The notes: generated by a model from the letters alone, not told the origin. A stretch of DNA of 64,000 nucleotides from Myxococcota bacterium (GCA_965140415.1 OZ223209.1:704001-768000); one strand, 5' to 3'; shown: positions 28,821 through 39,553, counted from the first letter of the stretch. Made by a program: numbers and translations.

Positions 28821-31800
28821 TTATTCCAGCACTTCGCGCAGCTTCTTGGCCAGGTTTTGCAGCGAATACGGTTTTCCGATGAAGTTGAGTCCTTCTTCGA
28901 TCACGCCATGATGCGCGATGGTGTTTTCCGTATAGCCGGAGGAATATAGAATCTTGATGTCAGGATAGAAGGTAACCAGTTTTTCCGCCAATTGGCGACC
29001 ATTCATGCCCGGCATCACGACATCCGTCATCAGCAGGTCAATCGGTCCATCGAATTGTTGCACCAATTTTAGCGCGCTCTCACCGTTGGCAGCTTTCAAC
29101 ACGCGATAGCCCAGGCGAGTGAGAATTCGGATTGCCAGATCGCGAACGACTTTTTCATCCTCCACCAGCAGAATGGTTTCTTTTCCTCCCTGCATTTTGG
29201 TGGAAACTTGGTTGCCGTTCAATCTTGTCGTCTGTTCCTCGACAATCGGCAGATAAATTTTAAACGCCGTTCCTTTTCCGACTTCCGAATAGACTTCAAT
29301 GTTTCCCCCTGCCTGCTTGACGGTGCCGTAAATCGTGGCTAATCCCAGCCCGGTTCCGCGTCCTTTCGGCTTCGTCGTGAAAAACGGTTCGAACAAATGT
29401 TCTTTTACTTCATCCGAAATGCCATGACCGTTGTCGCTTACCACCATCCTTACATAGTGACCTGGAACCGCATTGGTGTGAAGGCGGCAATATTCTTCAT
29501 CCAACTCAACGTTTTCCGTTTCGATCACCAATTTGCCGCCGTTTGGCATCGCATCGCGTGCATTGACGGCCAGATTCACCAAGATTTGTTCACATTGACC
29601 TGGATCGATCTTGACCACACCCAGGTGCTTCTCCTTGATCGTTTTCAACTCAACATCTTCACCGATCAGGCGAGTAAGCATTTTATTCAATGAGGAAATC
29701 AACTCGTTAAGATCAAGCCGTTTCGGTTCGATCAGTTGTTTACGGGAAAAAGCCAATAGCTGGCGAGTCAACGCCGCAGCACTTTCTGCGGCTTGATCGA
29801 TTTCACTCAGGAAGTCTGCCAAAGGATGATCTGGCGTTACATCCATCAAGGCCAGTTGAACGTTTCCGGTAATGCCGGTTAGCAGATTGTTGAAATCATG
29901 CGCCACGCCGCCGGCAAGGCGTCCGATCGCTTCCATCTTCATCGCTTGCTGAAGCTGAATTTCCAAACGGGCCTTTTCCCGTTCCGCCTGCTTATGATCG
30001 CTGATATCGATCCAATTGCAAACAACATTGGTCAAGTTGTTAGCGGAATCGAAAATGGGAAAAAGTGTCGCACTGACTTCAACAGAGGTGGCGTTTTCAA
30101 AACGAGTTCTAGGAAGATCTTCGCCATGCCAACTCAATTCAACGGTAATCGTTTCTCCTTCTGTGAAGACTCTTTTTACACGGTCCAGTAAGCCATTCTG
30201 GACAATTACCGGATCCTGAAGCACATTGTATTTGCCGACCATTTCTTCATCGGTCACATTCAATGTATTCCTAAGCACCTGGTTCGTTCGAATCACGTAA
30301 CCTTCCGAATCCGAAATCCATGTCGCAAACGGACTTTGATCGAGAATTCGATTCAGGAAGATTTCACGATTTACACGTTCCAATTCCACACGTTTTCGTT
30401 CGGTAATATCGCGAACGTTCAGCACGATGCCCTTGACGGTCGGATCGTGCAACAGGTTACATCCAACCGTTTCCAGATCGACATATCCCCCATTCTTGTG
30501 CAGGAAACGGTATTCCGCTTTGTGCACAGAACCCGGTACTTGTAGGCCGTCGGAGAAAATTTCCATGGCGTGTTGAAGGTCGTCCGGGTGAACGCCGTCG
30601 AAACATAATTTTCCTACCAGATCTTCGGGTTCATATCCCAGAATTCGAGTGACCTGGTCACTGAGATACATGTGGTTGCCGTTCTGATCTATGATTTCGA
30701 TGATGTCATTGGAATTTTGTACAAGTAAACGGAAGCGCTTTTCGCTTTCCTTCAAGGCGACTTCCGCTTGTTTGCGTTCGGTAATATCTCTTGCGAGAAA
30801 TACGGCAGACGTAACTTTCTTTCCACTCCAAACGGGAGAAACACTGACCGCGTATACTTTCGTTTCTTCTTCGATGCCGCCTGCTTCCGTTTCATATCGG
30901 CTTGTTTTTCCATCTTTGAACACGCGAGCAAGCGCCTTTTCAACATACGAACGTTGCTCTGGAGGCACGTAATCAAAAACGCTTGACGACAGCACGTCTT
31001 CCTGGCTGCTACCACTTTCAACACGATTGATGTAGTTGATGCTTCCCTGCTCGTCACACTGGATAATCGTTTCGGCAATGTTTTCGGTAATGGCTTTGAG
31101 CTTGGAATGCATTTCATTGCGCGCCTGCTCGTCCTGTTTTGCTTGCGTAATGTCAATAATCATCGGTAGGAAATACAGCGGTTTTCCACTGGGATCTTTT
31201 ACGATTCTCAGCGAAACGCGTCCCCATACCACCGCATTATCTTTTCGGATGTATCGTTTCTCCGTTGAATATTGTTCGATGAGGCCTTCCACCAGCCGAC
31301 GTATATTCTCGATGTCCTCTCCGAGATGGTCTTTATGAGTAACTTCTTTAAAGGACAGTGTTTTCAGTTCATCTTCGGTGTATCCGAGAAAGCGGCAGAA
31401 CTCGGCGTTTACACGTTGAAACTTGAAATCGAGAGAGAGGATCGCCGCTCCGATGGGAGCCTGGTTGAAGGTGCGCTGGAATTGGGCCTGGCTTTCCTTC
31501 AATAATAATTCTGTCTGTTTGGCAGTACTGATATCTCGGGCAATCGTCAGGTAACCGTTTTCATCATGATTAAGATCAACCGTCGAGGTGGACCAGTCCA
31601 GCCATATTGTCTGATCCTGATCGGATTTGACTGCTACTTCTCCACGCCATTTTCCATTGGCAGTAAGCTGCGTTTGGATTTCATCGTACGAGATCGATTC
31701 CATACAGATTTCGACCAATTGTTGGATCGGCCCTCCAATGGCCTCTGCTGCTTGACGCCTGCACAATTCTTCCGCTGCTCGATTCAAGAAATGGATGTTG

Positions 31801-31997
31801 AAATCCATATCCGAAACGATAACCGCGTCTGGGATTTCGTTGAACAATTCGAATCGGTTTGTCTCTTCGATCCTATTCATTGTTGAATTACTTTCATTCA
31901 AATCACTTCGGGTTACTGCGTTTTGTCGTTCACGGAAGTGTATGTTCGCTCCCTGTACGGGATTTGCTCCCAAGGTTGTGATATCACCTAATTTCAT
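28821..31997 (-). CDS. Multi-PAS hybrid histidine kinase with C-terminal receiver (start may be 31880)
   Basis: About 5 PAS/PAC repeats (DIS/DIT..K), AHDFNNLL H-box, NARDAM, PFFTTK..GTGLGL, LLVEDE..TDVVMPGM..KP. Confidence 0.93.
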   Translation of the reverse strand: MKLGDITTLGANPVQGANIHFRERQNAVTRSDLNESNSTMNRIEETNRFELFNEIPDAVIVSDMDFNIHFLNRAAEELCRRQAAEAIGGPIQQLVEICMESISYDEIQTQLTANGKWRGEVAVKSDQDQTIWLDWSTSTVDLNHDENGYLTIARDISTAKQTELLLKESQAQFQRTFNQAPIGAAILSLDFKFQRVNAEFCRFLGYTEDELKTLSFKEVTHKDHLGEDIENIRRLVEGLIEQYSTEKRYIRKDNAVVWGRVSLRIVKDPSGKPLYFLPMIIDITQAKQDEQARNEMHSKLKAITENIAETIIQCDEQGSINYINRVESGSSQEDVLSSSVFDYVPPEQRSYVEKALARVFKDGKTSRYETEAGGIEEETKVYAVSVSPVWSGKKVTSAVFLARDITERKQAEVALKESEKRFRLLVQNSNDIIEIIDQNGNHMYLSDQVTRILGYEPEDLVGKLCFDGVHPDDLQHAMEIFSDGLQVPGSVHKAEYRFLHKNGGYVDLETVGCNLLHDPTVKGIVLNVRDITERKRVELERVNREIFLNRILDQSPFATWISDSEGYVIRTNQVLRNTLNVTDEEMVGKYNVLQDPVIVQNGLLDRVKRVFTEGETITVELSWHGEDLPRTRFENATSVEVSATLFPIFDSANNLTNVVCNWIDISDHKQAEREKARLEIQLQQAMKMEAIGRLAGGVAHDFNNLLTGITGNVQLALMDVTPDHPLADFLSEIDQAAESAAALTRQLLAFSRKQLIEPKRLDLNELISSLNKMLTRLIGEDVELKTIKEKHLGVVKIDPGQCEQILVNLAVNARDAMPNGGKLVIETENVELDEEYCRLHTNAVPGHYVRMVVSDNGHGISDEVKEHLFEPFFTTKPKGRGTGLGLATIYGTVKQAGGNIEVYSEVGKGTAFKIYLPIVEEQTTRLNGNQVSTKMQGGKETILLVEDEKVVRDLAIRILTRLGYRVLKAANGESALKLVQQFDGPIDLLMTDVVMPGMNGRQLAEKLVTFYPDIKILYSSGYTENTIAHHGVIEEGLNFIGKPYSLQNLAKKLREVLE

Positions 31998-32238
31998 CCT
32001 TCATTGAGGTTGGAATAGTTTGGCAGATATCACCAAAGCTTGCAATATGAAATGGAAATTCCTAGAAATAGATCTGTTTCCACTCTTCTATTGTTCGACA
32101 AAAAGTCGAACTTCAAACAGTATGAAATGTGTGGATCTTGCAAGTCAGTTGCGATCGTTTTTGTTTTCGGCTCTCGTGTTGACCAGCGGACATTCCGGGG
32201 TATAATGCCCATATCTTCAATGAGATGCGGAGACAGCC

Positions 32239-33777
32239 ATGCAGAGTCGAATGGGGTGGTTGGCGCTTTTTATGTTGCTGCTAGTAAGTTGCTCGGACAG
32301 CGAGAACACGGTGACTCCCGGTGATGCGGATTCCGGCGACGGCGACATTGCCGATGGCGATCTGGATGCGGAAAGCGAAGAAGCCGCAGCCGTCGTCTAC
32401 GATTGGCCGGACTGCTCCGAAGTGACGGGCGGAAGTAGCTTGGCGGAGAAAGCCGCTTACTTCGATCTCGTTGCCCGCGAGCAGCATTTGGCCGACGACA
32501 ACCTGTTCCGCAACCTGCGTCTTAGCGAAAACCTGCAACAAGTCGAAGCCTGGTATCATGTGGAAAACGTGATTTTGTGGAGCGGTATGTACTTGGGCTC
32601 GCAGGCGTTGCGCTATGCCGTCACGCATGAAACCGAGGCGCTGGAAAACGCCCGCAGGGTGGTGGACGGCTTACACGAACTGACGCTCGTTACCGGTAAA
32701 AGCGGGTTGTACGGTCGCTCGTTAAACGATCCGTCGGTTTCCTACACGCACAGTTTCGATCCGGCGGAGCATTCCGGTTGGTCCCATTCTCCCGCCGCAG
32801 GGTATGAAGGCTTCACCTTCCGCAATGATGTCAGTAAAGACGGCTATGCGGGGTTGATTTTTGGGTACGCCCTGGCGCTGGAGCATTTCGACGACGAAAC
32901 CCTGCTTAGTGACGTGCGGCAGCGTTTGCGCGAAATTGCCGATCACATCGTTTCCAACGGTTTACAAATTATCGACATCAGCGGGTTCGTCACCGAGCAT
33001 GGCCGCCTGTTCCACTCCGCGCTGGACGACTGGCCCGGCTTCAATGCGCTGCTGGCTTCAAGCTGGATCAAGATCGCAGAAACGGAATTGGACGATGCCG
33101 AGCTGGAAGATTTTTATTACGGCTGCCTGATGGGAATGCGGGAGAAGGACGATTGCCCGGAGATCGAAGACAAGCTTGGCATCGCCGCCTTCGAGCTAAG
33201 CACCTACATCGACAGCATGGAAAAGCACCTGTACCTCTTTCAAGCCAACTGCAAGGAAAACTACGACAACTTCGACATGTGCTATCAGGCCATCTATCCG
33301 CTTTTGCGGCGCGAGAAAGATCCCGAGTTGAAAGAGCGTTTATTGTGGGTGCTGCGTAACAACATGTTCCACACCGAAGATCCCACCTATCGCAGCCTGG
33401 CCCCATACGGAAACAGCTTTTTCACCTTTGCCTATGCCGGGTTAACCGGGGACGATCCCGCTACCGATACCATGCTCTACGATGCGGTGAACAAGGCGAT
33501 TTGCACCATGAAGGAATTCCCGGAGCGAAAATACGAACGCGCCATTTCTGCGAGCACCCAAGCGGTGCAATGCGAAAGCCGGTTAAGCCATCCCCGCGCT
33601 GCCGAACCCCTGCCGCTGGCCGAGTATCCCTTCGACAACTACCTGTGGCGGCTGGATTTCTATGAAATGGTAGAGGAAGACATCCAGGAAAATCAGCGCA
33701 AGGTCTATTCGCCGGAAGATTACCTGATCGCCTACTGGCTGGGTCGCTATCACGGCATTCTGGATGAAAGCCTGTAA
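32239..33777 (+). CDS. Uncharacterised lipoprotein, tandem paralogue 1
   Basis: Lipobox LLVSC, DGD linker, 512 aa, nearly collinear with the next gene. Confidence 0.85.
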   Translation: MQSRMGWLALFMLLLVSCSDSENTVTPGDADSGDGDIADGDLDAESEEAAAVVYDWPDCSEVTGGSSLAEKAAYFDLVAREQHLADDNLFRNLRLSENLQQVEAWYHVENVILWSGMYLGSQALRYAVTHETEALENARRVVDGLHELTLVTGKSGLYGRSLNDPSVSYTHSFDPAEHSGWSHSPAAGYEGFTFRNDVSKDGYAGLIFGYALALEHFDDETLLSDVRQRLREIADHIVSNGLQIIDISGFVTEHGRLFHSALDDWPGFNALLASSWIKIAETELDDAELEDFYYGCLMGMREKDDCPEIEDKLGIAAFELSTYIDSMEKHLYLFQANCKENYDNFDMCYQAIYPLLRREKDPELKERLLWVLRNNMFHTEDPTYRSLAPYGNSFFTFAYAGLTGDDPATDTMLYDAVNKAICTMKEFPERKYERAISASTQAVQCESRLSHPRAAEPLPLAEYPFDNYLWRLDFYEMVEEDIQENQRKVYSPEDYLIAYWLGRYHGILDESL

Positions 33778-33802
33778 AGGATCAGTGGAAACGGAGAAAA
33801 CG

Positions 33803-35341
33803 ATGTTCGTCCGCTTGATGTGGTTGATGCTGTTTGTCCTGTTGCTAGTAAGTTGCTCGGACAGCGATAACACGGTGACTCCCGGTGATGCGGATTCCGG
33901 CGATGGCGACATTGCCGATGGCGATCTGGATGCGGAAAACGAAGAAGCCCCACCTGTCGTTTACGATTGGCCGGACTGCTCCGAAGTGACGGGCGGAAGT
34001 AGTTTGGCGGAAAAAGCCGCCTACTTCGATCTCGTTGCCCGCGAGCAGCATTTGGCCGACGATAACCTGTTCCGTAACCTGCGTCTCAGTGAAGATCTGC
34101 AACAAGTCGAAGCCTGGTATCATGTGGAAAACGTGATTTTGTGGAGCGGTATGTACCTGGCCACACAGGCGTTGCGCTATGCGGTCACACACGAAACGGA
34201 GGCGCTGGAAAACGCCCGCAGAGTAGTGGAAGGTTTGCACGACCTGACGCTCGTTACCGGTAAAAGCGGGTTGTATGGTCGCTCGTTAAACGATCCATCC
34301 GTTTCCTACACACACAGTTTCGATCCGGCGGAAAATCCCGGCTGGTCCCATTCTCCCGCCACAGGGTATGAAGGCTTCACCTTCCGTAACGATGTCAGCC
34401 AGGATGGCTACGCGGGTTTGATGTTCGGTTATGCGATGGCCATGGAGCATTTCGACGACGAGCCCCTGCTTGCCGATATCCGAGAGCGCCTGCGGGAAAT
34501 CGCCGACCACTTCGTTTCCAACGGCCTGCAACTCATCGACATCGATGGCCTCGTCACCGAGCATGGCCGCCTGTTCCACTCCGCGATGGATAATTGGCCC
34601 GGCTTCAATGCGCTGCTGGCTTCAAGCTGGATCAAGGTCGCCGCAACGGCATTGGACGATGCCGAACTGGATGATTTCTATTATGGTTGCCTGATGGAAA
34701 TGCGCGAAAAGGACGACTGCCCGCAGATCGAAGATGAGCTTGGCATCGCCGCTTTCGATCTGACTACCTACATCGACAGCATGGAAAAACACCTGTACCT
34801 CTTCATCCCCAACTGCAAGGAAAACTACGACAACTTCGACATGTGTTATCAGGCGTTCTATCCGCTTTGGCGGCGCGAGAAAGATCCCGAGTTGAAAGAA
34901 CGGCTGCTATGGGTGCTGCGCAATAACATGTTTCATACCGAAGATCCCTCCTTTCGCAGTCTAGCCCCTTTCGGTAACAGCTTTTTCACCTTCGCTTATG
35001 CCGGGTTGACGGGGGACGATCCCGCTACTGATACCATGCTCTACGATGCGGTCAATAAAGCCGTTTGCACCATGAAGGAATTCCCGGAGCGAAAAATCCA
35101 ACGAGCCATCTCGGCGAGCACCCAAGCGGTGCAATGCAAGAGCCGGCTAAGCAATCCCCGCGCCGCCGAACCCCTGCCTCTGGCCGAGTATCCCTTCGAC
35201 AACTACCTGTGGCGACTGGATTTCTACGAAATGGTAGAGGAGGATATCCCGGAAGATCAACGCATGATCTACTCGCCGGAAGATTACCTGATCGCCTACT
35301 GGCTGGGTCGCTATCACGGCATTCTGGACGAAAGCCTGTAA
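33803..35341 (+). CDS. Uncharacterised lipoprotein, tandem paralogue 2
   Basis: GGAGA RBS before ATG 33803. Same length (1539 nt) as paralogue 1 and high identity to it. Confidence 0.85.
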   Translation: MFVRLMWLMLFVLLLVSCSDSDNTVTPGDADSGDGDIADGDLDAENEEAPPVVYDWPDCSEVTGGSSLAEKAAYFDLVAREQHLADDNLFRNLRLSEDLQQVEAWYHVENVILWSGMYLATQALRYAVTHETEALENARRVVEGLHDLTLVTGKSGLYGRSLNDPSVSYTHSFDPAENPGWSHSPATGYEGFTFRNDVSQDGYAGLMFGYAMAMEHFDDEPLLADIRERLREIADHFVSNGLQLIDIDGLVTEHGRLFHSAMDNWPGFNALLASSWIKVAATALDDAELDDFYYGCLMEMREKDDCPQIEDELGIAAFDLTTYIDSMEKHLYLFIPNCKENYDNFDMCYQAFYPLWRREKDPELKERLLWVLRNNMFHTEDPSFRSLAPFGNSFFTFAYAGLTGDDPATDTMLYDAVNKAVCTMKEFPERKIQRAISASTQAVQCKSRLSNPRAAEPLPLAEYPFDNYLWRLDFYEMVEEDIPEDQRMIYSPEDYLIAYWLGRYHGILDESL

Positions 35342-35494
35342 GAATGCTCCTACAATTCTTCGATCGAGGGCCTTTCGCCACCTTTGACAAACGAGTAATA
35401 AATTGCGGCGCAGCCTGGAATATGGTAAAAATATAAGCTCATTACAGGAACATGGGTGCCAATAACCCTTTCAAGAAAACAAAAGAGGTCTACT

Positions 35495-35965
35495 GTGAGC
35501 GAAAAAGATTTCGAAACCTTACGGGAGTTTTTGGAAGAGCGCGACGTGTCCATTCGGGCCGCCAAACCGTTGAAGAAACACACCCTGATCGGAATGACAA
35601 TCGTAGGCGATCCGGAACCCTATCACGTTTCTCGCGAAGATGGAAAAACCCATCTCAATCACGGTGCGCCTCCTAAAGATCCGCATCTCAGTTTCACCAT
35701 CAGCTCGGCGGCCATCGAACGCTTAAAGAACTTCGAATCGAACAGCATCGGCGAATTCGGCGTGGAATTCTTCAAGATCATGGTTTCGAAAAACGAAGAC
35801 CAGATTCTCGAAGTCAAATTGAATACGGGCTTTTTGGGTTTGACCGGTATTGGCGTGTTCGGAATTCTGGCTTCGGGCGGACCGTCGGTTATGGCATTTC
35901 TGGCCAGGCAGGGATTCAAGAGCCTGGGAGACATTCGCAAGGCGCTAAAGAAGATGCGCGGCTAA
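35495..35965 (+). CDS. Hypothetical protein (possibly SCP2-like fold)
   Basis: GAGG RBS and GTG start, fills an intergenic slot. The fold guess is weak. Confidence 0.65.
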   Translation: MSEKDFETLREFLEERDVSIRAAKPLKKHTLIGMTIVGDPEPYHVSREDGKTHLNHGAPPKDPHLSFTISSAAIERLKNFESNSIGEFGVEFFKIMVSKNEDQILEVKLNTGFLGLTGIGVFGILASGGPSVMAFLARQGFKSLGDIRKALKKMRG

Positions 35966-36002
35966 GCAACGCTACACAACACCTCCAGATGGAGTCTTTG
36001 GA

Positions 36003-38273
36003 ATGGGTGCATCTAAATTGTTGATAATCGACGGCGATCGTAGTTTCGCGGAAAACGTCGTCAACCAGTTGGGCGGTGGAAACGTCGAGATCACCTGGAC
36101 CGGAACAGCGCAACAGGGCAAAGAAACCGCTTTAGCCTGGAAACCGGACATCATCGTAGTGGATGTGGATCTTCCCGATCAGAACGGATTCGCGCTGTTT
36201 GGAGCATTGAAGAAAAACAAAACACTCAAGGGTGTCAGCTTCACGATTACGGCTAGCGATGTCGAACCCGAGACATTTAAGAATCATAAAAAATTAAAAC
36301 GCCATGCGGATCTGTATCTGGAAAAACCGCTGACGGTAGAGGCGTTCTGCTTCGAGCTAGGCCGCGCGTTTGATATTTCTTTTACACCGACTTCAGTTGC
36401 CGTCAGTGATGACGACGTGTTGGGTGAATTGGATAGTCTGCTCGATCCGGTCCAGATCGATACCGATGTGAACGAGATGACTCCGGAAGACGAAGCGGAG
36501 CTGGCGGAACTGGATCAGATGCTGGGTGCGGAACCGGTTGAACAGGCTCCCCCACCGCCGCCACAACCCACGCGGGATGCAGAGCCGGAGTTGGACGATC
36601 TATCCGATCTGCCGCCCTTGCCCGATCTTCCCGAATTGGAAGGTGCTGGGCAGGAAGATTCCGAAGCAACCGTTTCGTTTGAAGAAAGCGTTGCGGCTGC
36701 CGATGCCGATACCGAGGAAGAACTGGAAGAATTGGAAGAGCTGGAAGCCGAAAGCGAACCAGAGCTGATCGATGAAGCCGAAGCTCCGCAACAGGAGCAA
36801 GAACAGGCACCGGTTGATGACGATGAGCTGCTGGAAGCTGCGGTGGACTTGGATCAGGATAAGGTTGACATCGCGGAAGCGGATGCGGGTCTGGAAGACG
36901 ATCTGGACCAGGCGCTTTCTTCTGCTCGTGATGTTCCCGACCCGTCTTCCATCGAAAGTCTGCTTACGGAAGAAACGCACGAAGAAGCGTTGGACGATCT
37001 ATTGGACGACAGCGTTCCGATCGTGGAGCCGTTTGATTTCTCCGGCAAGATGGAACAGTCTTTAGAAAGCGGTCTGGCCGAAAACCTGCAAAGCGTCAAC
37101 CTGGAAAGTGCATTGCCCGATGAAATCAAGAACGTCATCGACCGCATGCAGTTTGACCAGAACGAAGACGATATCTCGAAGCTGGCCAAGTTGACCCTGG
37201 AATTGGAGACGACGCGCCAGAAGCGCGAGATGGATCGCGCCGAAGCGCAGAAGTCGCATCAGCAGGAACTGGAAATCGTTTCCTCGCATATGCAAAGTCT
37301 GCGCGAAGAAAAGGAATCGCTCACCGAAACGGTTGCCAAGCTGCAAGCGACGGTGAACGACAGCGAAGAAATGGCGCGCCTGAAGGCGGAAGAAGCGTCT
37401 CGCGCCTGGAAGAGGGTGGAGCAGGCCGAAGCGTCGTTGGAGGAAAAGGAAAAAGAGCTTCTGAATCTGAACTCCGAAATCGAGCGCAAATCGCAGCTGA
37501 ACGAGGAAAGTTCGGAAAAGGAAGTGGCGCTGCGAACGGAATTGGAAAGCGCCAAAAGCAAGCTAAGCCGCATGCAGGAAGAATGGGAGGCCGAGAAAAA
37601 CGATCTCTACGAAGAAGCCGACCGTTTAACCAAAACCGTGGAAGGGCTGGAACAACGTCTGGAGCAGCAGCAGGAAACATCCTCGCAAGCAGAGACCGAA
37701 AAGCAGCAGAAACTGGAGCAGGTGCAGGCCGAACTGGAAGAAAAACAACAACTGCTCGCCGAACGCGAACGGGATATCGAGCAACTGCAAGGCAATCTAG
37801 CCGAAAGTATGCAGCAGGCGGAAGAGCAGCAGCAAGAGAAATTGCAGCAGTTAACGGCGCAAGTCGAGCAACTGCAAGAGCAGTTGGCCAAGCGCGAGAC
37901 GGAAATTGGCGAACGTCTAGAGGCGCACGAGACGGAAAAAGAAGAATCCGAGACGCGCATCAAGCAGCTTCAGGATGACGTACAGCGCCTTTCCGCTATG
38001 GCGGACAAGCTGGAAACAGTCGAAAAAGAGCTGGGCGATACCAAGGTTCGTTTGGAAGATACCGAGCGGGAGCGGGATGAGATTCAGAGCGAGTCGGCCA
38101 AACGAATCGAGGAATTGGAGCATGAAACCGAGCGGCTTTCCGAAATGAATCGGCGCAATGAGGAGCGTATCATCAAGGCGTACCGTAAAATCAAGGCGGA
38201 TGCCAAAATGCAGAAACGATCCGAAGAAGCCTTGCAGATCGCGCTGGATATCATCCGCAAGGACAAAGAGTAG
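36003..38273 (+). CDS. Receiver domain + acidic linker + long coiled coil (AglZ/FrzS-like architecture)
   Basis: LLIIDGD..IIVVDVDLP..EKP receiver; ~350 aa E/Q/K-rich heptad region; no DNA-binding domain. Confidence 0.8.
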   Translation: MGASKLLIIDGDRSFAENVVNQLGGGNVEITWTGTAQQGKETALAWKPDIIVVDVDLPDQNGFALFGALKKNKTLKGVSFTITASDVEPETFKNHKKLKRHADLYLEKPLTVEAFCFELGRAFDISFTPTSVAVSDDDVLGELDSLLDPVQIDTDVNEMTPEDEAELAELDQMLGAEPVEQAPPPPPQPTRDAEPELDDLSDLPPLPDLPELEGAGQEDSEATVSFEESVAAADADTEEELEELEELEAESEPELIDEAEAPQQEQEQAPVDDDELLEAAVDLDQDKVDIAEADAGLEDDLDQALSSARDVPDPSSIESLLTEETHEEALDDLLDDSVPIVEPFDFSGKMEQSLESGLAENLQSVNLESALPDEIKNVIDRMQFDQNEDDISKLAKLTLELETTRQKREMDRAEAQKSHQQELEIVSSHMQSLREEKESLTETVAKLQATVNDSEEMARLKAEEASRAWKRVEQAEASLEEKEKELLNLNSEIERKSQLNEESSEKEVALRTELESAKSKLSRMQEEWEAEKNDLYEEADRLTKTVEGLEQRLEQQQETSSQAETEKQQKLEQVQAELEEKQQLLAERERDIEQLQGNLAESMQQAEEQQQEKLQQLTAQVEQLQEQLAKRETEIGERLEAHETEKEESETRIKQLQDDVQRLSAMADKLETVEKELGDTKVRLEDTERERDEIQSESAKRIEELEHETERLSEMNRRNEERIIKAYRKIKADAKMQKRSEEALQIALDIIRKDKE

Positions 38274-38289
38274 TCTCAGGCAGAAAATC

Positions 38290-38493
38290 TTAACCGGGTT
38301 CGCACAATCCCTGTTGATTGCATATCAGCGTTTCGCCCAACGGCTGCGGACAATCCGAACCGGTTTCACATGCGGCGATACAGATTTTTTCTCCACTTAG
38401 AGAAGGACGACACACACAGCCCAGGCGCGCTCCCGGTGGGCATTGGAGCCTCCATATCGAAAGTTCGTCCCATCTATAGGCACTATTACTCAT
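38290..38493 (-). pseudogene. Cys-rich ORF fragment abutting repeat copy 5
   Basis: CPPGARLGCVC..C..ACETGSDCP..CNQQGLCEP resembles a secreted Cys-rich module but has no signal peptide. Its 5' end runs into the repeat. Confidence 0.35.
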
Positions 38494-38649
38494 TTCTGTC
38501 CATCAAGTACTCATGATGTGCCATGGTCTCACGGAATGGAAATTCCGGGAGGCCGTGTGTATCTTATTGAAAGCACACAGCCTTCCATGATCTTCGATCG
38601 CGTAAGATTATGGCACAACTTCCTGGAATCGGTGGCTAAAAACGACTAA
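38488..38649 (+). repeat. Family A repeat, copy 5 (doublet)
   Basis: Near-consensus core with two C>T changes. Confidence 0.95.
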
Positions 38650-38711
38650 TACCTAGTCTAAAAGCTAAGAGTAGTGAGCGTTTGCAAAGTAAAGGTGTCC
38701 TTCTGCGCTTT

Positions 38712-38737
38712 GTAAAGGAATTGTAATTTTTCGTAAG
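38712..38737 (+). promoter_or_regulatory. Putative OmpR/CpxR-type binding boxes
   Basis: GTAAA, GTAAT and GTAAG spaced 11 and 10 bp, upstream of the CpxR-like regulator. Confidence 0.4.
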
Positions 38738-38832
38738 TAAGCGTTTTGTGATAAACTTTGGCCGTTTTCGTATTACACTATCAAAAAGGCTGCATCATTC
38801 GTTTCCTGTGAGATAAAGAGGATCGTAACCCT

Positions 38833-39543
38833 ATGGAATCACAGCGTATATTAATCATCGACGACGATCTCAAGTTGTGCCGTCTGTTAAGCGATTACCT
38901 GCAACCGCTGGGTTATATTACCGAATCGGTTCATACAGGCCCGGATGGTTTGGAAAAAGCGGTGCAAAAAGACTGGGACGCCATCATTCTCGATGTCATG
39001 TTGCCCGGCATGGATGGCTTCGAGGTATTGCGTGGCATTCGCAAATCCAGCGACGTGCCGGTCTTGATGCTGACGACGCGCGGCGATGAAATGGATCGCA
39101 TCGTCGGATTGGAAATGGGGGCGGACGATTATCTACCCAAAACCTTTTCCACCCGCGAATTGCTGGCGCGTCTTCGCGCCGTGACGCGTCGTACTTCCGT
39201 GCGACAGGCAGCGGTCAAAGACGCTGAAATCCAAGCAATCGTAATACGCGATCTGCGGATCGATCCCGCAACCCGCACGGCTTTTCTGGCGGAGCAGGCG
39301 TTAGATCTGACGCCGTTGGAATTCGATCTTCTGCTGGCGATGATGCAATCCGCCGGTCGGGTGGTTTCGCGCGACTCTCTGCTGGATCAGGTTTCCGGAC
39401 GCGATTACGAAGTGTTCGATCGTTCCATTGACGTTCACGTTTCTTCCCTGCGACGAAAACTGGGAGATACTCCCCGTCAACCGAGTTATATCAAAACCGT
39501 GCGCACGGTGGGTTACATGTTGATGGACGAATCCCCGAAATAG
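38833..39543 (+). CDS. OmpR-family response regulator (CpxR-like)
   Basis: ILIIDDD, LDVMLPGMDG, GADDYLPK, winged helix DRSIDVHVSSLRRKL..IKTVR.VGY. Confidence 0.95.
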   Translation: MESQRILIIDDDLKLCRLLSDYLQPLGYITESVHTGPDGLEKAVQKDWDAIILDVMLPGMDGFEVLRGIRKSSDVPVLMLTTRGDEMDRIVGLEMGADDYLPKTFSTRELLARLRAVTRRTSVRQAAVKDAEIQAIVIRDLRIDPATRTAFLAEQALDLTPLEFDLLLAMMQSAGRVVSRDSLLDQVSGRDYEVFDRSIDVHVSSLRRKLGDTPRQPSYIKTVRTVGYMLMDESPK

Positions 39544-39553
39544 CGAGCTGTCG

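Noticed and set aside
32239-35341. Diversity-generating retroelement TR/VR pair
   Set aside because: Whole-gene duplication with differences not restricted to adenines, and no reverse transcriptase.
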